Sequence record: PP400785
DNA length: 64,000 bases
Direction: 5' to 3' (one strand)
Source: Escherichia phage FL08
Numbering within the stretch: the first letter of the stretch is position 1; every line of letters begins with the position of its first letter. The translations under genes and the position numbers were made by a program. Shown here piece after piece: positions 1 through 9,898 of the stretch. The notes beneath the pieces are model-generated. The model saw nothing but the letters and a program-made list of their open reading frames with translations, made no database searches and was not told the origin of the DNA.

Positions 1-84
1 TTCAGCATATTCAGCTAATTTAGCTTTAGCTTCTTTGTTATCATCAAGAGCCTTCAGCTCTGCAATATAATCTTTATCTATCAT
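1..84 (-). CDS. Partial CDS (first ~28 codons; continues beyond window start), hypothetical protein
   Basis: ATG at 82-84 on minus strand preceded by GAGGA Shine-Dalgarno; reading frame runs off the window edge (MIDKDYIAELKALDDNKEAKAKLAEYAE...). Confidence 0.4.
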   Translation of the reverse strand, partial: MIDKDYIAELKALDDNKEAKAKLAEYAE

Positions 85-97
85 AATATTTCCTCAG

Positions 98-105
98 TAT
101 AAATA
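98..105 (+). promoter_or_regulatory. Late promoter TATAAATA upstream of uvsW
   Basis: Exact TATAAATA about 30 nt upstream of the uvsW ATG. Confidence 0.65.
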
Positions 106-134
106 TAGATATATTTATTACATGGTATTTAGAC

Positions 135-1646
135 ATGACTGACATTAAAGTACATTTTTATGATTTTAGTCACGTGAGAATTGACTGTGAAGAAAGTACA
201 TTTCATGAACTCCGTGATTTCTTTAGCTTTGAAGCTGATGGGTATCGTTTTAATCCGAAATACAAATATGGCCACTGGGATGGACGAATCCGTCTTTTAG
301 ATTATAATCGTCTTCTTCCATTCGGCTTAGTCGGGCAAATTAAAAAGTTCTGTGATAACTTTGGCTATAAAGCCTGGATTGACCCACAAATTAACGAAAA
401 AGAAGAATTATCAAGAAAAGATTTTGATGAATGGCTTTCTAAATTAGAAATCTATTCAGGAAATAAAAGAATTGAACCACACTGGTATCAAAAAGATGCA
501 GTGTTCGAAGGATTAGTTAATCGTCGTAGAATTCTTAATCTTCCAACATCTGCAGGTAAATCTTTAATTCAAGCTTTGCTTGCGCGATATTATTTGGAAA
601 ATTATGAAGGTAAAATTCTTATCATTGTTCCAACAACTGCTTTAACAACTCAGATGGCTGATGACTTCGTTGACTATCGTTTATTCAGTCATGCAATGAT
701 AAAGAAAATAGGTGGAGGAGCATCAAAAGATGATAAATATAAAAATGATGCACCAGTCGTTGTTGGTACATGGCAAACTGTAGTAAAACAACCGAAAGAA
801 TGGTTCTCACAGTTTGGAATGATGATGAATGATGAATGCCATCTTGCTACAGGAAAAAGTATTTCATCCATCATATCAGGTTTAAATAACTGCATGTTCA
901 AATTCGGTTTGTCTGGTTCATTACGTGATGGCAAAGCTAATATCATGCAGTATGTTGGGATGTTTGGTGAAATATTTAAACCAGTAACGACTTCTAAATT
1001 AATGGAAGATGGACAAGTAACTGAGTTAAAAATTAATAGTATTTTTCTTCGCTATCCCGATGAGTTCACTACTAAATTAAAGGGAAAAACTTACCAAGAA
1101 GAAATAAAAATTATTACTGGGCTCAGTAAAAGAAATAAATGGATCGCTAAATTAGCTATTAAGCTTGCGCAAAAAGATGAAAACGCTTTTGTCATGTTTA
1201 AACATGTATCGCATGGTAAAGCTATTTTTGATTTAATTAAAAATGAATACGATAAAGTTTATTACGTATCAGGGGAAGTTGATACCGAAACCCGCAATAT
1301 AATGAAAACCTTAGCTGAAAATGGTAAAGGAATAATTATAGTAGCGAGTTATGGTGTATTTTCTACTGGTATTTCAGTTAAAAATCTGCATCATGTTGTT
1401 TTAGCGCACGGCGTTAAATCAAAAATCATTGTATTACAAACAATCGGTCGTGTATTACGTAAGCATGGTTCTAAAACAATCGCAACGGTCTGGGACCTCA
1501 TAGATGACGCGGGCGTAGTTTCTAAATCAAAAACATCTTCTAAAAAATACTCGCATTTAAACTATCTTTTAAAACATGGACTTGATCGTATTCAGCGTTA
1601 TGCTGATGAAAAGTTTAATTATGTGATGAAAGAGGTTAAACTTTGA
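135..1646 (+). CDS. uvsW: UvsW DNA/RNA helicase (SF2)
   Basis: 503 aa; Walker A PTSAGKS, DECH box, helicase C-terminal motifs; N-terminus MTDIKVHFYDFSHVRIDCEE matches T4 UvsW as I recall it; preceded by late promoter TATAAATA. Confidence 0.92.
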   Translation: MTDIKVHFYDFSHVRIDCEESTFHELRDFFSFEADGYRFNPKYKYGHWDGRIRLLDYNRLLPFGLVGQIKKFCDNFGYKAWIDPQINEKEELSRKDFDEWLSKLEIYSGNKRIEPHWYQKDAVFEGLVNRRRILNLPTSAGKSLIQALLARYYLENYEGKILIIVPTTALTTQMADDFVDYRLFSHAMIKKIGGGASKDDKYKNDAPVVVGTWQTVVKQPKEWFSQFGMMMNDECHLATGKSISSIISGLNNCMFKFGLSGSLRDGKANIMQYVGMFGEIFKPVTTSKLMEDGQVTELKINSIFLRYPDEFTTKLKGKTYQEEIKIITGLSKRNKWIAKLAIKLAQKDENAFVMFKHVSHGKAIFDLIKNEYDKVYYVSGEVDTETRNIMKTLAENGKGIIIVASYGVFSTGISVKNLHHVVLAHGVKSKIIVLQTIGRVLRKHGSKTIATVWDLIDDAGVVSKSKTSSKKYSHLNYLLKHGLDRIQRYADEKFNYVMKEVKL

Positions 1647-2335
1647 ATTATAAATTAATATATGATAATTTAATTAATAGAGCCCAGAATCGGGCTCGCC
1701 TTAATGGATACACTGAAACACATCATATAATTCCTAGATGTATGGGTGGTACAAATGATAAGTGTAATTTAGTAGAACTAACGGCTGAAGAACATTTTAT
1801 AGCCCATAAACTTTTAGCTAAAATTCATCCAAACCATTACGGTATAATTAAAGCTGTTATATGTATGGGGATGAATTCAAATACTCATGAAAGACACGTC
1901 AATAAATCTTACGCATGGGAACGTCGTAAAATGGCAGAACTTCAATCCGGCGAAGGTAATCCATTTTACGGAAAACACCATACGGAAGAACATAAACAAT
2001 ATATGTCAAAACTCATGAAAAGTCGTCCAATTACATGGGGAAATAAAATTAGTAAAACTAAAAGAATGAACCCAACGAAATGGACTGAAGAAGCTAAAAG
2101 ATTACATTCAATCAATCAATCGGGTAAAAATAACGGCATGTATGGAAGGAAACATTCCGCTAAATCTATTCAGAAAATTAAAGATAACATGCCAGATAAT
2201 TCAGGAGCTAATAACCCAGCTGCTAAACCTATAGAAGTAAATGGTGTTAAGTATAAATGTATGAAAGATGCTTCTAAAGCTACTGGATTATCAATGTACA
2301 AACTAAGAATACTTAGAAAAACAGTTAATTTATAA
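1643..2335 (+). CDS. Free-standing HNH homing endonuclease (MobE-like)
   Basis: 230 aa; HNH motif HHIIPRCMGGTNDKCNLVELTAEEHFIAH; repeated NPFYGKHH / NGMYGRKH NUMOD-like segments; TTG start overlapping the uvsW stop with AGAGG SD upstream; paralogous N-terminus to the HNH ORF at 29293-29934. Confidence 0.8.
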   Translation: MNYKLIYDNLINRAQNRARLNGYTETHHIIPRCMGGTNDKCNLVELTAEEHFIAHKLLAKIHPNHYGIIKAVICMGMNSNTHERHVNKSYAWERRKMAELQSGEGNPFYGKHHTEEHKQYMSKLMKSRPITWGNKISKTKRMNPTKWTEEAKRLHSINQSGKNNGMYGRKHSAKSIQKIKDNMPDNSGANNPAAKPIEVNGVKYKCMKDASKATGLSMYKLRILRKTVNL

Positions 2336-2348
2336 GGGCTTCGGCCCT

Positions 2349-2591
2349 TTGGAGAAAAAGATGTTACTAGAATTTAAACAATTTCTTTATGAAGCTTCTA
2401 TTGATGAATTTATGGGTAAAATTGCCTCTTGTCAAACATTAGAAGGTCTAGAAGAACTTGAAGCTTATTACAAGAAAAGAGTTAAAGAAACTGAATTAAA
2501 AGATACTGATGACATCTCTGTGAGAGATGCTTTGGCAGGAAAAAGAGCTGAATTAGAAGATTCAGACGATGAAGTAGAAGAAAGCTTTTAA
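2349..2591 (+). CDS. uvsW.1: UvsW.1-like small acidic protein
   Basis: 80 aa, GGAG SD, position downstream of uvsW; size close to T4 UvsW.1 (76 aa). Confidence 0.7.
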   Translation: MEKKMLLEFKQFLYEASIDEFMGKIASCQTLEGLEELEAYYKKRVKETELKDTDDISVRDALAGKRAELEDSDDEVEESF

Positions 2592-2646
2592 ATTAAAAAA
2601 GGCCCAACCAAAAAGGAAGGGCCAAAACTATAGACTAAAGGTCACA

Positions 2647-2814
2647 CTATAGCAAAAGTTGTGTTTCATTTAATTGTTCTTCCGAACTTTCTGAAACTGG
2701 TAGTTCTTTAATGTAATTATAACAAGGCCCAGGATGTACAGGACCTTTGTCTGTTTCAACAACCAATGCAGAATCGATTGGAGTTTTACAGACAACGCAA
2801 ATCTTATCTGACAT
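2647..2814 (-). CDS. Small Cys-containing protein (uvsY.-2 position)
   Basis: 55 aa ORF not in the supplied track (under 60 aa): MSDKICVVCKTPIDSALVVETDKGPVHPGPCYNYIKELPVSESSEEQLNETQLLL; GAGGAG SD; late promoter TATAAATA just upstream. Confidence 0.55.
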   Translation of the reverse strand: MSDKICVVCKTPIDSALVVETDKGPVHPGPCYNYIKELPVSESSEEQLNETQLLL

Positions 2815-2841
2815 GATTGTCTCCTCTAAATTATATATATC

Positions 2842-2849
2842 TATTTATA
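2842..2849 (-). promoter_or_regulatory. Late promoter TATAAATA (minus strand) upstream of the uvsY.-2-like ORF
   Basis: Plus-strand TATTTATA = TATAAATA on minus strand, ~28 nt upstream of ATG at 2814. Confidence 0.5.
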
Positions 2850-3069
2850 TAACTCTCATATGCATATCAATGCCCATATCTTTAGAATAAAAATATTCAT
2901 CAAGATATCCGGCAAATTTTCCTTTAATATAAAGGACATCTTCACCGCACGGGTGGTCGGCCAGGATACGAATATCCTGACGCTTAAGATTATGCTTTTT
3001 CATTAAGAATTGAATTTCCGTTTCAAATTCTTCTTCATAATTAAAAGCATCATCAATGCTATATCTCAT
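2845..3069 (-). CDS. Hypothetical protein (uvsY.-1 position)
   Basis: 74 aa ORF immediately downstream of uvsY in same orientation, stop/start overlap with uvsY. Confidence 0.6.
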   Translation of the reverse strand: MRYSIDDAFNYEEEFETEIQFLMKKHNLKRQDIRILADHPCGEDVLYIKGKFAGYLDEYFYSKDMGIDMHMRVI

Positions 3070-3482
3070 TATTTTCCAGCCTCAAATGCCCGCATGTCTT
3101 GAATATGCTTAATAGCAAATCCACGTGATTTAATAGCATCAAGAGCTCCGCTACAGAAATCTAATAAAATCCCCCAATACTGTAACGAGGTATCAACCTT
3201 TAAAACATCCTTATCAGCTGATAGAACTGTCTTCATTTCTGATTTCTCGTAACGATCCATACTAAATTCATCACCATCTCCTCGTCCCGAGTAGTAGTCT
3301 AATTTAGCTTTAAGAGCAACTTTCTTTTGCGCGTCAATTCTAAGCATTTCCTTTTTAATACTTGAATGCTTATTAAGCCATTTACTATATAACATCACAT
3401 TATTAGCTGCTTCATACTGTAATTTAGTCGAATCTATAAACACATCTTTCTTCAATTCTTCTTGAAGATCTTCTAATTTCAT
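3069..3482 (-). CDS. uvsY: UvsY recombination mediator
   Basis: 137 aa, same length and recognisable sequence as T4 UvsY; MotA-box middle promoter upstream. Confidence 0.92.
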   Translation of the reverse strand: MKLEDLQEELKKDVFIDSTKLQYEAANNVMLYSKWLNKHSSIKKEMLRIDAQKKVALKAKLDYYSGRGDGDEFSMDRYEKSEMKTVLSADKDVLKVDTSLQYWGILLDFCSGALDAIKSRGFAIKHIQDMRAFEAGK

Positions 3483-3522
3483 ATTGTTCTCTATTCAATT
3501 GTTATTGGATGGACTTAGATTC

Positions 3523-3550
3523 ATTATACCACGTTTTAACGTGAAGCATT
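3523..3550 (-). promoter_or_regulatory. MotA-dependent middle promoter upstream of uvsY
   Basis: Minus strand reads AATGCTTCA (MotA box) - 13 nt - TGgTATAAT (extended -10). Confidence 0.65.
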
Positions 3551-3947
3551 ATACTCTGTTACTGGAAGCCAGTTGTAGTTTTATTTGCTCAATATCATCG
3601 GGGTTATCGATGACCGAAAAGCGTATTTCTACTATCAGAGTATAATCATCATAAACTGGTATTACATTAACTGCTAATTTATCAATACGTGGCTCATAGT
3701 TTCTTACTGCGCTTTCGATATTACGCTCAACTGTGTCAGCAGTAAGAGGAGTCATATTTTCAAAAAGCTGGTCTGATAAATCACATCCAAATTCAGGGTC
3801 AAACGGTCTTGAACCTTTTCTTGTTGTAATAATTCCCAAAAGACTGTTTTTAATTGACCTTAATCCAAGTGATCTGGAAACATCTTTGTTCCAATCCATT
3901 TTCATTTCCGGGTCAATATCAGAATAAAGCTTATTAATATTTGCCAT
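3549..3947 (-). CDS. 25: Baseplate wedge protein gp25
   Basis: 132 aa, matches T4 gp25 length/sequence; SD separated from AUG by a hairpin (known gene 25 arrangement). Confidence 0.92.
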   Translation of the reverse strand: MANINKLYSDIDPEMKMDWNKDVSRSLGLRSIKNSLLGIITTRKGSRPFDPEFGCDLSDQLFENMTPLTADTVERNIESAVRNYEPRIDKLAVNVIPVYDDYTLIVEIRFSVIDNPDDIEQIKLQLASSNRV

Positions 3948-4573
3948 TATAGTAACTCAAAGAACTCTTTGAGGCCTCTTATTACATGAGCATGGGTTTT
4001 TCCACACTCTGGACATTTAATTGGAACAGCCAAATAAACGGTAGGCTTTAAAAGCATATCTTTTATAGCTACAATATCTGACTCTGTGATGATAGAATAT
4101 AAATCTTCCAGTTCTTTTTCATTTAAGTCTTCAACTGGAATGCTTTCCCCGTTAGCATGAATCGTTTCTATACATGATACTATCATGTGGGCTATATTTT
4201 TATCATCAAAAATTTTAGGGTATCGGAATTTAATTTTAATGTCACCCAGTGTATACCAGAGGTCTTCTGGTGCATCTATTTGTGTATGTAATAGATTTAT
4301 ATGGGTTGGTATTTCAGTTCCACAGGTGCACTTCCAGGAGTTTTCGTGATTAACTTCACCGAGAGAATGTGCCCATAAATGAATCAACAATAGTTCTGAT
4401 TCTTGGCGGTTTAAATCTTTTGCATTTGTGCAGTCTTTGATTAGCTTTTTAACAATTACTTCTACGGAACCATTATTTTTGGCAGTAATAAGTTCTAGAT
4501 ATTCTTTAAGCGTGAATGCGCGACAATTGATTATTTTAGAACCAACTCTCACATCAAATTTGTATTCATACAT
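3947..4573 (-). CDS. 26: Baseplate hub protein gp26
   Basis: 208 aa; synteny 25-26 divergent from 51; late promoter upstream. Confidence 0.88.
   Translation of the reverse strand: MYEYKFDVRVGSKIINCRAFTLKEYLELITAKNNGSVEVIVKKLIKDCTNAKDLNRQESELLLIHLWAHSLGEVNHENSWKCTCGTEIPTHINLLHTQIDAPEDLWYTLGDIKIKFRYPKIFDDKNIAHMIVSCIETIHANGESIPVEDLNEKELEDLYSIITESDIVAIKDMLLKPTVYLAVPIKCPECGKTHAHVIRGLKEFFELL
3948..3979 (-). promoter_or_regulatory. Gene 25 translation initiation region with SD-hairpin-AUG arrangement
   Basis: Minus RNA: AGAGG, then stem CUCAAAGA/UCUUUGAG, then 8 nt, then AUG; SD about 28 nt from AUG unless hairpin folds. Confidence 0.7.
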
Positions 4574-4594
4574 ATTTAGCTCCTTTATTTATCA

Positions 4595-4602
4595 TATTTA
4601 TA
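4595..4602 (-). promoter_or_regulatory. Late promoter TATAAATA (minus) for gene 26
   Basis: TATTTATAAATA palindrome-like element gives TATAAATA on both strands between divergent genes 26 and 51. Confidence 0.6.
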
Positions 4603-4606
4603 AATA
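4599..4606 (+). promoter_or_regulatory. Late promoter TATAAATA (plus) for gene 51
   Basis: Exact TATAAATA 18 nt upstream of gene 51 ATG. Confidence 0.7.
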
Positions 4607-4623
4607 GAATAAAAGGAGCATCT

Positions 4624-5373
4624 ATGGCAAACATTATTCGTTGTAAATTACCAGATGGTGTTCATCGTTTTAAACCATTTACGGTAGAAGATTATCGAGA
4701 TTTTTTGTTAGTTCGAAACGATATAGAGCATCGGTCACCACAAGAACAAAAAGAAATAATTACTGATTTAATTGATGATTATTTTGGAGACTATCCGAAG
4801 ACTTGGCAACCATTTATATTTTTGCAGGTATTTGTAGGTTCAATAGGTAAAACTAAAGTACCAGTCACATTTGTATGTCCAAAATGTAAAAAAGAAAAGA
4901 CAGTTCCATTTGAAATATATCAAAAAGAATTAAAGGAACCTATTTTTGATGTAGCTAATGTTAAAATTAAATTAAATTTTCCTTCTGAGTTTTATGAAAA
5001 TAAAGCAAAGATGATTACTGAAAATATTCATTCTGTTCAAGTAGATGAAATATGGTATGATTGGAAGGAAATTAGCGAATCAAGTCAAATAGAACTTGTT
5101 GACGCCATCGAGATAGAAACATTAGAAAAAATTCTTGATTCAATGAATCCTATTAATTTAACATTGCATATGTCCTGCTGTGATAAGTATGTAAAAAAAT
5201 ACACTGATATAGTAGATGTGTTTAAGCTATTAGTTAACCCAGATGAGATATTTACTTTTTATCAAATTAATCACACACTCGTAAAAAGTAATTATAGCTT
5301 AAATTCAATAATGAAAATGATTCCTGCCGAGCGCGGATTCGTATTAAAACTGATTGAGAAGGATAAACAATAA
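4624..5373 (+). CDS. 51: Baseplate hub assembly protein gp51
   Basis: 249 aa; AAGGAG SD; late promoter TATAAATA at 4599-4606; synteny. Confidence 0.88.
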   Translation: MANIIRCKLPDGVHRFKPFTVEDYRDFLLVRNDIEHRSPQEQKEIITDLIDDYFGDYPKTWQPFIFLQVFVGSIGKTKVPVTFVCPKCKKEKTVPFEIYQKELKEPIFDVANVKIKLNFPSEFYENKAKMITENIHSVQVDEIWYDWKEISESSQIELVDAIEIETLEKILDSMNPINLTLHMSCCDKYVKKYTDIVDVFKLLVNPDEIFTFYQINHTLVKSNYSLNSIMKMIPAERGFVLKLIEKDKQ

Positions 5374-6545
5374 TGAGTATGTTGCAACGCCCTGGATATC
5401 CAAATCTCAGCGTTAAATTATTTGAGAGTTATGACGCTTGGAGTAATAATAGATTTGTTGAATTAGCTGCTACTATTACCACATTAACTATGCGGGATTC
5501 TCTTTATGGTCGAAATGAAGGAATGCTACAATTTTATGATTCTAAAAATATCCATACAAAAATGGATGGAAATGAAATAATTCAGATTTCTGTAGCTAAT
5601 GCAAACGATATTAATAATGTTAAAACAAGAATTTATGGATGTAAGCATTTTTCTGTATCTGTAGATTCAAAAGGTGATAACATCATTGCTATTGAATTGG
5701 GAACTATTCATTCTATAGAAAATCTTAAATTTGGTAGACCATTTTTCCCTGATGCAGGTGAATCTATAAAAGAAATGCTTGGTGTCATTTATCAAGACCG
5801 CACATTATTAACTCCAGCAATAAATGCTATAAATGCTTATGTTCCTGATATTCCATGGACTAGCACATTTGAAAACTATTTGTCATATGTAAGAGAAGTT
5901 GCTCTAGCGGTAGGAAGCGATAAGTTCGTATTTGTATGGCAAGACATCATGGGAGTTAACATGATGGACTATGATATGATGATAAATCAAGAACCATATC
6001 CAATGATTGTAGGTGAGCCAACTTTAATAGGTCAATTCGTCCAAGAATTGAAATATCCATTAGCATATGATTTTGTTTGGTTGACTAAATCAAACCCGCA
6101 TAAACGTGATCCAATGAAAAATGCTACTATCTATGCTCATTCATTTTTAGATTCTTCATTACCAATGATTACTACAGGAAAGGGTGAAAACTCTATTGTA
6201 GTGTCAAGGTCAGGTGCTTATTCTGAAATGACTTATAGAAATGGATATGAAGAAGCTATTCGTCTTCAGACTATGGCGCAATATGACGGCTATGCTAAAT
6301 GTTCTACTGTCGGTAATTTTAACTTGACTCCTGGCGTTAAAATTATTTTTAATGATAGTAAAAACCAATTTAAAACAGAATTTTACGTTGATGAAGTTAT
6401 TCACGAATTATCAAATAATAATTCCGTAACTCATCTATATATGTTCACTAATGCAACGAAACTGGAAACAATCGACCCAGTTAAGGTTAAAAATGAATTT
6501 AAAACTGATACTACCACTGAAGAAAGTAGTTCTTCCGATAAGTAA
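5373..6545 (+). CDS. 27: Baseplate hub protein gp27
   Basis: 390 aa; ATGA overlap with gene 51 stop; synteny and size match T4 gp27. Confidence 0.9.
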   Translation: MSMLQRPGYPNLSVKLFESYDAWSNNRFVELAATITTLTMRDSLYGRNEGMLQFYDSKNIHTKMDGNEIIQISVANANDINNVKTRIYGCKHFSVSVDSKGDNIIAIELGTIHSIENLKFGRPFFPDAGESIKEMLGVIYQDRTLLTPAINAINAYVPDIPWTSTFENYLSYVREVALAVGSDKFVFVWQDIMGVNMMDYDMMINQEPYPMIVGEPTLIGQFVQELKYPLAYDFVWLTKSNPHKRDPMKNATIYAHSFLDSSLPMITTGKGENSIVVSRSGAYSEMTYRNGYEEAIRLQTMAQYDGYAKCSTVGNFNLTPGVKIIFNDSKNQFKTEFYVDEVIHELSNNNSVTHLYMFTNATKLETIDPVKVKNEFKTDTTTEESSSSDK

Positions 6546-7026
6546 TAAAGAAGTTTCTATTCCTAAGATGGGTCTTAAACATTATAACATTTTAAAAGAT
6601 GTTAAAGGTCCTGATGAAAATTTAAAGCTTCTTATTGATTCTATTTGTCCAAATTTATCACCGGCAGAAGTTGATTTCGTTTCTATTCATTTATTGGAAT
6701 TTAATGGAAAGATTAAATCTCGTAAAGAAATAGATGGCTATACTTATGACATTAATGATGTTTATGTATGCCAAAGATTAGAATTTCAATACCAAGGAAA
6801 TACATTTTATTTTAGACCTCCTGGAAAATTTGAACAATTTTTAACGGTGAGCGATATGTTATCTAAATGCTTGCTTAAGGTCAACGATGAAGTTAAAGAA
6901 ATTAATTTTCTTGAGATGCCAGCATTCGTTTTAAAATGGGCAAATGATATTTTTACAACTTTAGCAATTCCTGGCCCTAATGGTCCAATAACTGGAATTG
7001 GCAATATTATTGGATTATTTGAATGA
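6493..7026 (+). CDS. 28: Baseplate hub distal protein gp28
   Basis: Track ORF 6451-7026 trimmed to internal ATG at 6493 giving 177 aa (T4 gp28 length); overlaps gp27 3' end. Confidence 0.8.
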   Translation: MNLKLILPLKKVVLPISNKEVSIPKMGLKHYNILKDVKGPDENLKLLIDSICPNLSPAEVDFVSIHLLEFNGKIKSRKEIDGYTYDINDVYVCQRLEFQYQGNTFYFRPPGKFEQFLTVSDMLSKCLLKVNDEVKEINFLEMPAFVLKWANDIFTTLAIPGPNGPITGIGNIIGLFE

Positions 7027-8795
7027 AAAAGCCACAAGAAATGCAAACGATGCGTAGAAAAGTTATTTCAGATAATAAACCAACACAGGAAGCGGCTAAA
7101 TCCGCTTCCAATACTTTATCTGGACTTAATGACATTTCTACAAAATTGGATGATGCTCAAGCTGCTTCTGAATTAATAGCTCAAACCGTTGAAGAAAAAT
7201 CGAATGAAATAATTGGAGCAATTGACAATGTAGAAAGCGCAGTGAGTGATACTACTGCTGGTTCTGAGTTAATTGCTGAAACTGTCGAAATTGGCAATAA
7301 TATTAATAAAGAAATCGGTGAATCGCTCGGAAGTAAATTAGATAAATTAACGAGTTTACTCGAGCAAAAAATCCAGACAGCCGGAATTCAACAAACAGGA
7401 ACTAGTTTAGCTACGGTTGAAAGCGCTATTCCTGTTAAAGTTGTTGAGGACGATACAGCTGAATCCGTGGGTCCTTTATTACCAGCTCCTGAAGCAGTTA
7501 ATAATGATCCTGACGCTGATTTTTTCCCTGCCCCTCAACCAGTTGAACCTAAGCGAGAGTCACCGGAAGAAAAACAGAAAAAAGAAGCATTTAATTTAAA
7601 ATTATCTCAAGCTTTAGATAAATTAACAAAGACTGTTGATTTTGGATTTAAAAAATCCATTTCAATTACTGATAAAATATCAAGCATGCTATTTAAGTAT
7701 ACTGTCAGTGCTGCTATTGAAGCTGCTAAAATGGTTGCATTAATAATGGCTGTTGTTATTGGAATAGACCTACTGATGGTTCATTTTAAATATTGGTCAG
7801 ATAAATTTTCAAAAGCCTGGGATTTGTTTAGCACTGATTTTAAAACTTTTTCAAGCGAAACCGGAACTTGGGGTCCTTTATTACAGAGCATCTTTGAATC
7901 TATTGATGAAATTAAAAAGTTCTGGGAAGCGGGAGATTGGGGCGGTTTGACGGTAGCTATTGTAGAAGGGCTTGGAAAGGTTCTTTATAATTTAGGAGAA
8001 CTTATTCAGCTTGGAATGGCTAAATTATCAGCAGCAATTCTTCGAGTTATTCCTGGTATGAAAGATACTGCTGACGAAGTAGAAGGAAGAGCACTGGAAA
8101 ATTTCCAAAATTCTACTGGAGCATCTCTCAATAAAGAAGACCAGGAAAAAGTTGCGAATTATCAAGATAAACGAATGAATGGAGACCTTGGTCCGATAGC
8201 AGAAGGACTAGACAAAATTGCGAACTGGAAAACTCGTGCATCTAACTGGATTCGTGGTGTTGATAATAAAGAAGCATTGACAACTGATGAAGAACGCGCA
8301 GCAGAAGAAGAAAAATTAAAGCAGCTTTCACCAGAAGAAAGAAAAAATGCTTTAATGAAGGCTAATGAAGCCCGTGCCGCGATGATTCGTTTTGAAAAAT
8401 ATGCTGATTCAGCTGATATGAGTAAAGACTCAACGGTTAAATCAGTTGAAGCTGCCTATGAAGACCTTAAAAAACGAATGGATGACCCGGATTTAAATAA
8501 TTCACCGGCAGTTAAAAAAGAACTTGCTGCTAGATTTTCTAAAATTGATGCTACTTATCAAGAGCTCAAGAAAAATCAGCCTAATGCCAAACCTCAAACT
8601 TCTGCTAAATCGCCAGAAGCAAAACAAGTCCAGGTAATAGAAAAGAACAAAGCACAGCAAGCTCCTATTCAACAAGCATCTCCTTCAATCAATAATACTA
8701 ATAATGTTATTAAGAAAAATACTGTCGTTCATAATATGACACCCGTAACGAGCACGACTGCTCCTGGTGTATTTGATGCGACTGGAGTTAATTAA
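7023..8795 (+). CDS. 29: Baseplate hub / tail length determinator gp29
   Basis: 590 aa; coiled-coil/Ala-rich N-terminal half; synteny. Confidence 0.9.
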   Translation: MKKPQEMQTMRRKVISDNKPTQEAAKSASNTLSGLNDISTKLDDAQAASELIAQTVEEKSNEIIGAIDNVESAVSDTTAGSELIAETVEIGNNINKEIGESLGSKLDKLTSLLEQKIQTAGIQQTGTSLATVESAIPVKVVEDDTAESVGPLLPAPEAVNNDPDADFFPAPQPVEPKRESPEEKQKKEAFNLKLSQALDKLTKTVDFGFKKSISITDKISSMLFKYTVSAAIEAAKMVALIMAVVIGIDLLMVHFKYWSDKFSKAWDLFSTDFKTFSSETGTWGPLLQSIFESIDEIKKFWEAGDWGGLTVAIVEGLGKVLYNLGELIQLGMAKLSAAILRVIPGMKDTADEVEGRALENFQNSTGASLNKEDQEKVANYQDKRMNGDLGPIAEGLDKIANWKTRASNWIRGVDNKEALTTDEERAAEEEKLKQLSPEERKNALMKANEARAAMIRFEKYADSADMSKDSTVKSVEAAYEDLKKRMDDPDLNNSPAVKKELAARFSKIDATYQELKKNQPNAKPQTSAKSPEAKQVQVIEKNKAQQAPIQQASPSINNTNNVIKKNTVVHNMTPVTSTTAPGVFDATGVN

Positions 8796-8803
8796 GGAAT
8801 AAT

Positions 8804-9898
8804 ATGGCAATTGTTAAAGAAATAACTGCTGATTTAATTAAAAAGTCCGGTGAGAAAATTTCAGCCGGACAGAGTACTAAATCAGAAGTAGCAACTAAAA
8901 CATACACTGCCCAGTTTCCAACTGGGCGTGCTAGTGGTAATGACACTACAGGGGACTTCCAGGTAACAGATCTATATAAGAATGGATTATTATTTACTGC
9001 ATACAATATGTCATCTAGGGATTCTGGAAGTCTTAGAACGATGAGATCTAACTACTCTTCTTCATCTTCGAGTATTTTACGTACAGCCAGAAACACTATC
9101 AGTAATACAGTATCAAAACTATCAAATGGACTAATATCAGATAATAATTCAGGAACAATAAGTAAAGTTCCTGTTGCAAATATTCTTTTACCTAGATCTA
9201 AATCTGACGTCGATACGTCATCACATAGATTTAATGATGTTCAAGATAGTCTTATTACAAAAGGTGGAGGTACTGCTACTGGTGTGCTAAGCAATATGGC
9301 TTCAACCGCAGTATTTGGAGCGCTGGAAAGTATAACACAAGGTATAATGGCTGATAATAATGAACAGATTTATACGACAGCCAGAAGCATGTACGGCGGT
9401 GCTGAAAATAGAACTAAAGTGTTCACTTGGGATTTGACTCCGCGCTCAACAGAAGATTTAATGGCTATTATTAATATCTATCAGTATTTTAACTATTTTT
9501 CTTACGGTGAAACTGGTAAATCTCAATATGCTGCTGAAATAAAAGGATATCTAGATGAGTGGTACCGTTCTACTTTTATTGAGCCGTTAACTCCAGAAGA
9601 TGCAGTTAAAAATAAGACGTTATTTGAGAAAATGACATCGAGTTTAACTAACGTTCTTGTAGTTTCAAACCCGACAATTTGGATGGTGAAAAACTTTGGT
9701 ACAACATCTAAGTTTGATGGAAAAACGGAAATATTCGGTCCATGTCAAATCCAGAGTATCAGATTTGATAAAACACCTAATGGTAACTTTAACGGATTAG
9801 CTATTGCTCCAAATCTCCCTAGTACATTTACTCTCGAGATTACTATGAGAGAAATTATCACGTTAAACCGTGCTTCTTTATATGCGGGGACTTTTTAA
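8804..9898 (+). CDS. 48: Baseplate tail tube cap gp48
   Basis: 364 aa; synteny 29-48-54. Confidence 0.9.
   Translation: MAIVKEITADLIKKSGEKISAGQSTKSEVATKTYTAQFPTGRASGNDTTGDFQVTDLYKNGLLFTAYNMSSRDSGSLRTMRSNYSSSSSSILRTARNTISNTVSKLSNGLISDNNSGTISKVPVANILLPRSKSDVDTSSHRFNDVQDSLITKGGGTATGVLSNMASTAVFGALESITQGIMADNNEQIYTTARSMYGGAENRTKVFTWDLTPRSTEDLMAIINIYQYFNYFSYGETGKSQYAAEIKGYLDEWYRSTFIEPLTPEDAVKNKTLFEKMTSSLTNVLVVSNPTIWMVKNFGTTSKFDGKTEIFGPCQIQSIRFDKTPNGNFNGLAIAPNLPSTFTLEITMREIITLNRASLYAGTF

Noticed and set aside
689-946. 85-aa minus-strand ORF inside uvsW
   Set aside because: Lies entirely antisense within the well-supported uvsW coding region; no SD; likely spurious.
6451-6492. N-terminal 14-codon extension of the gene 28 track ORF
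   Set aside because: The internal ATG at 6493 gives the expected 177-aa product, so the upstream ATG is unlikely to be the start.
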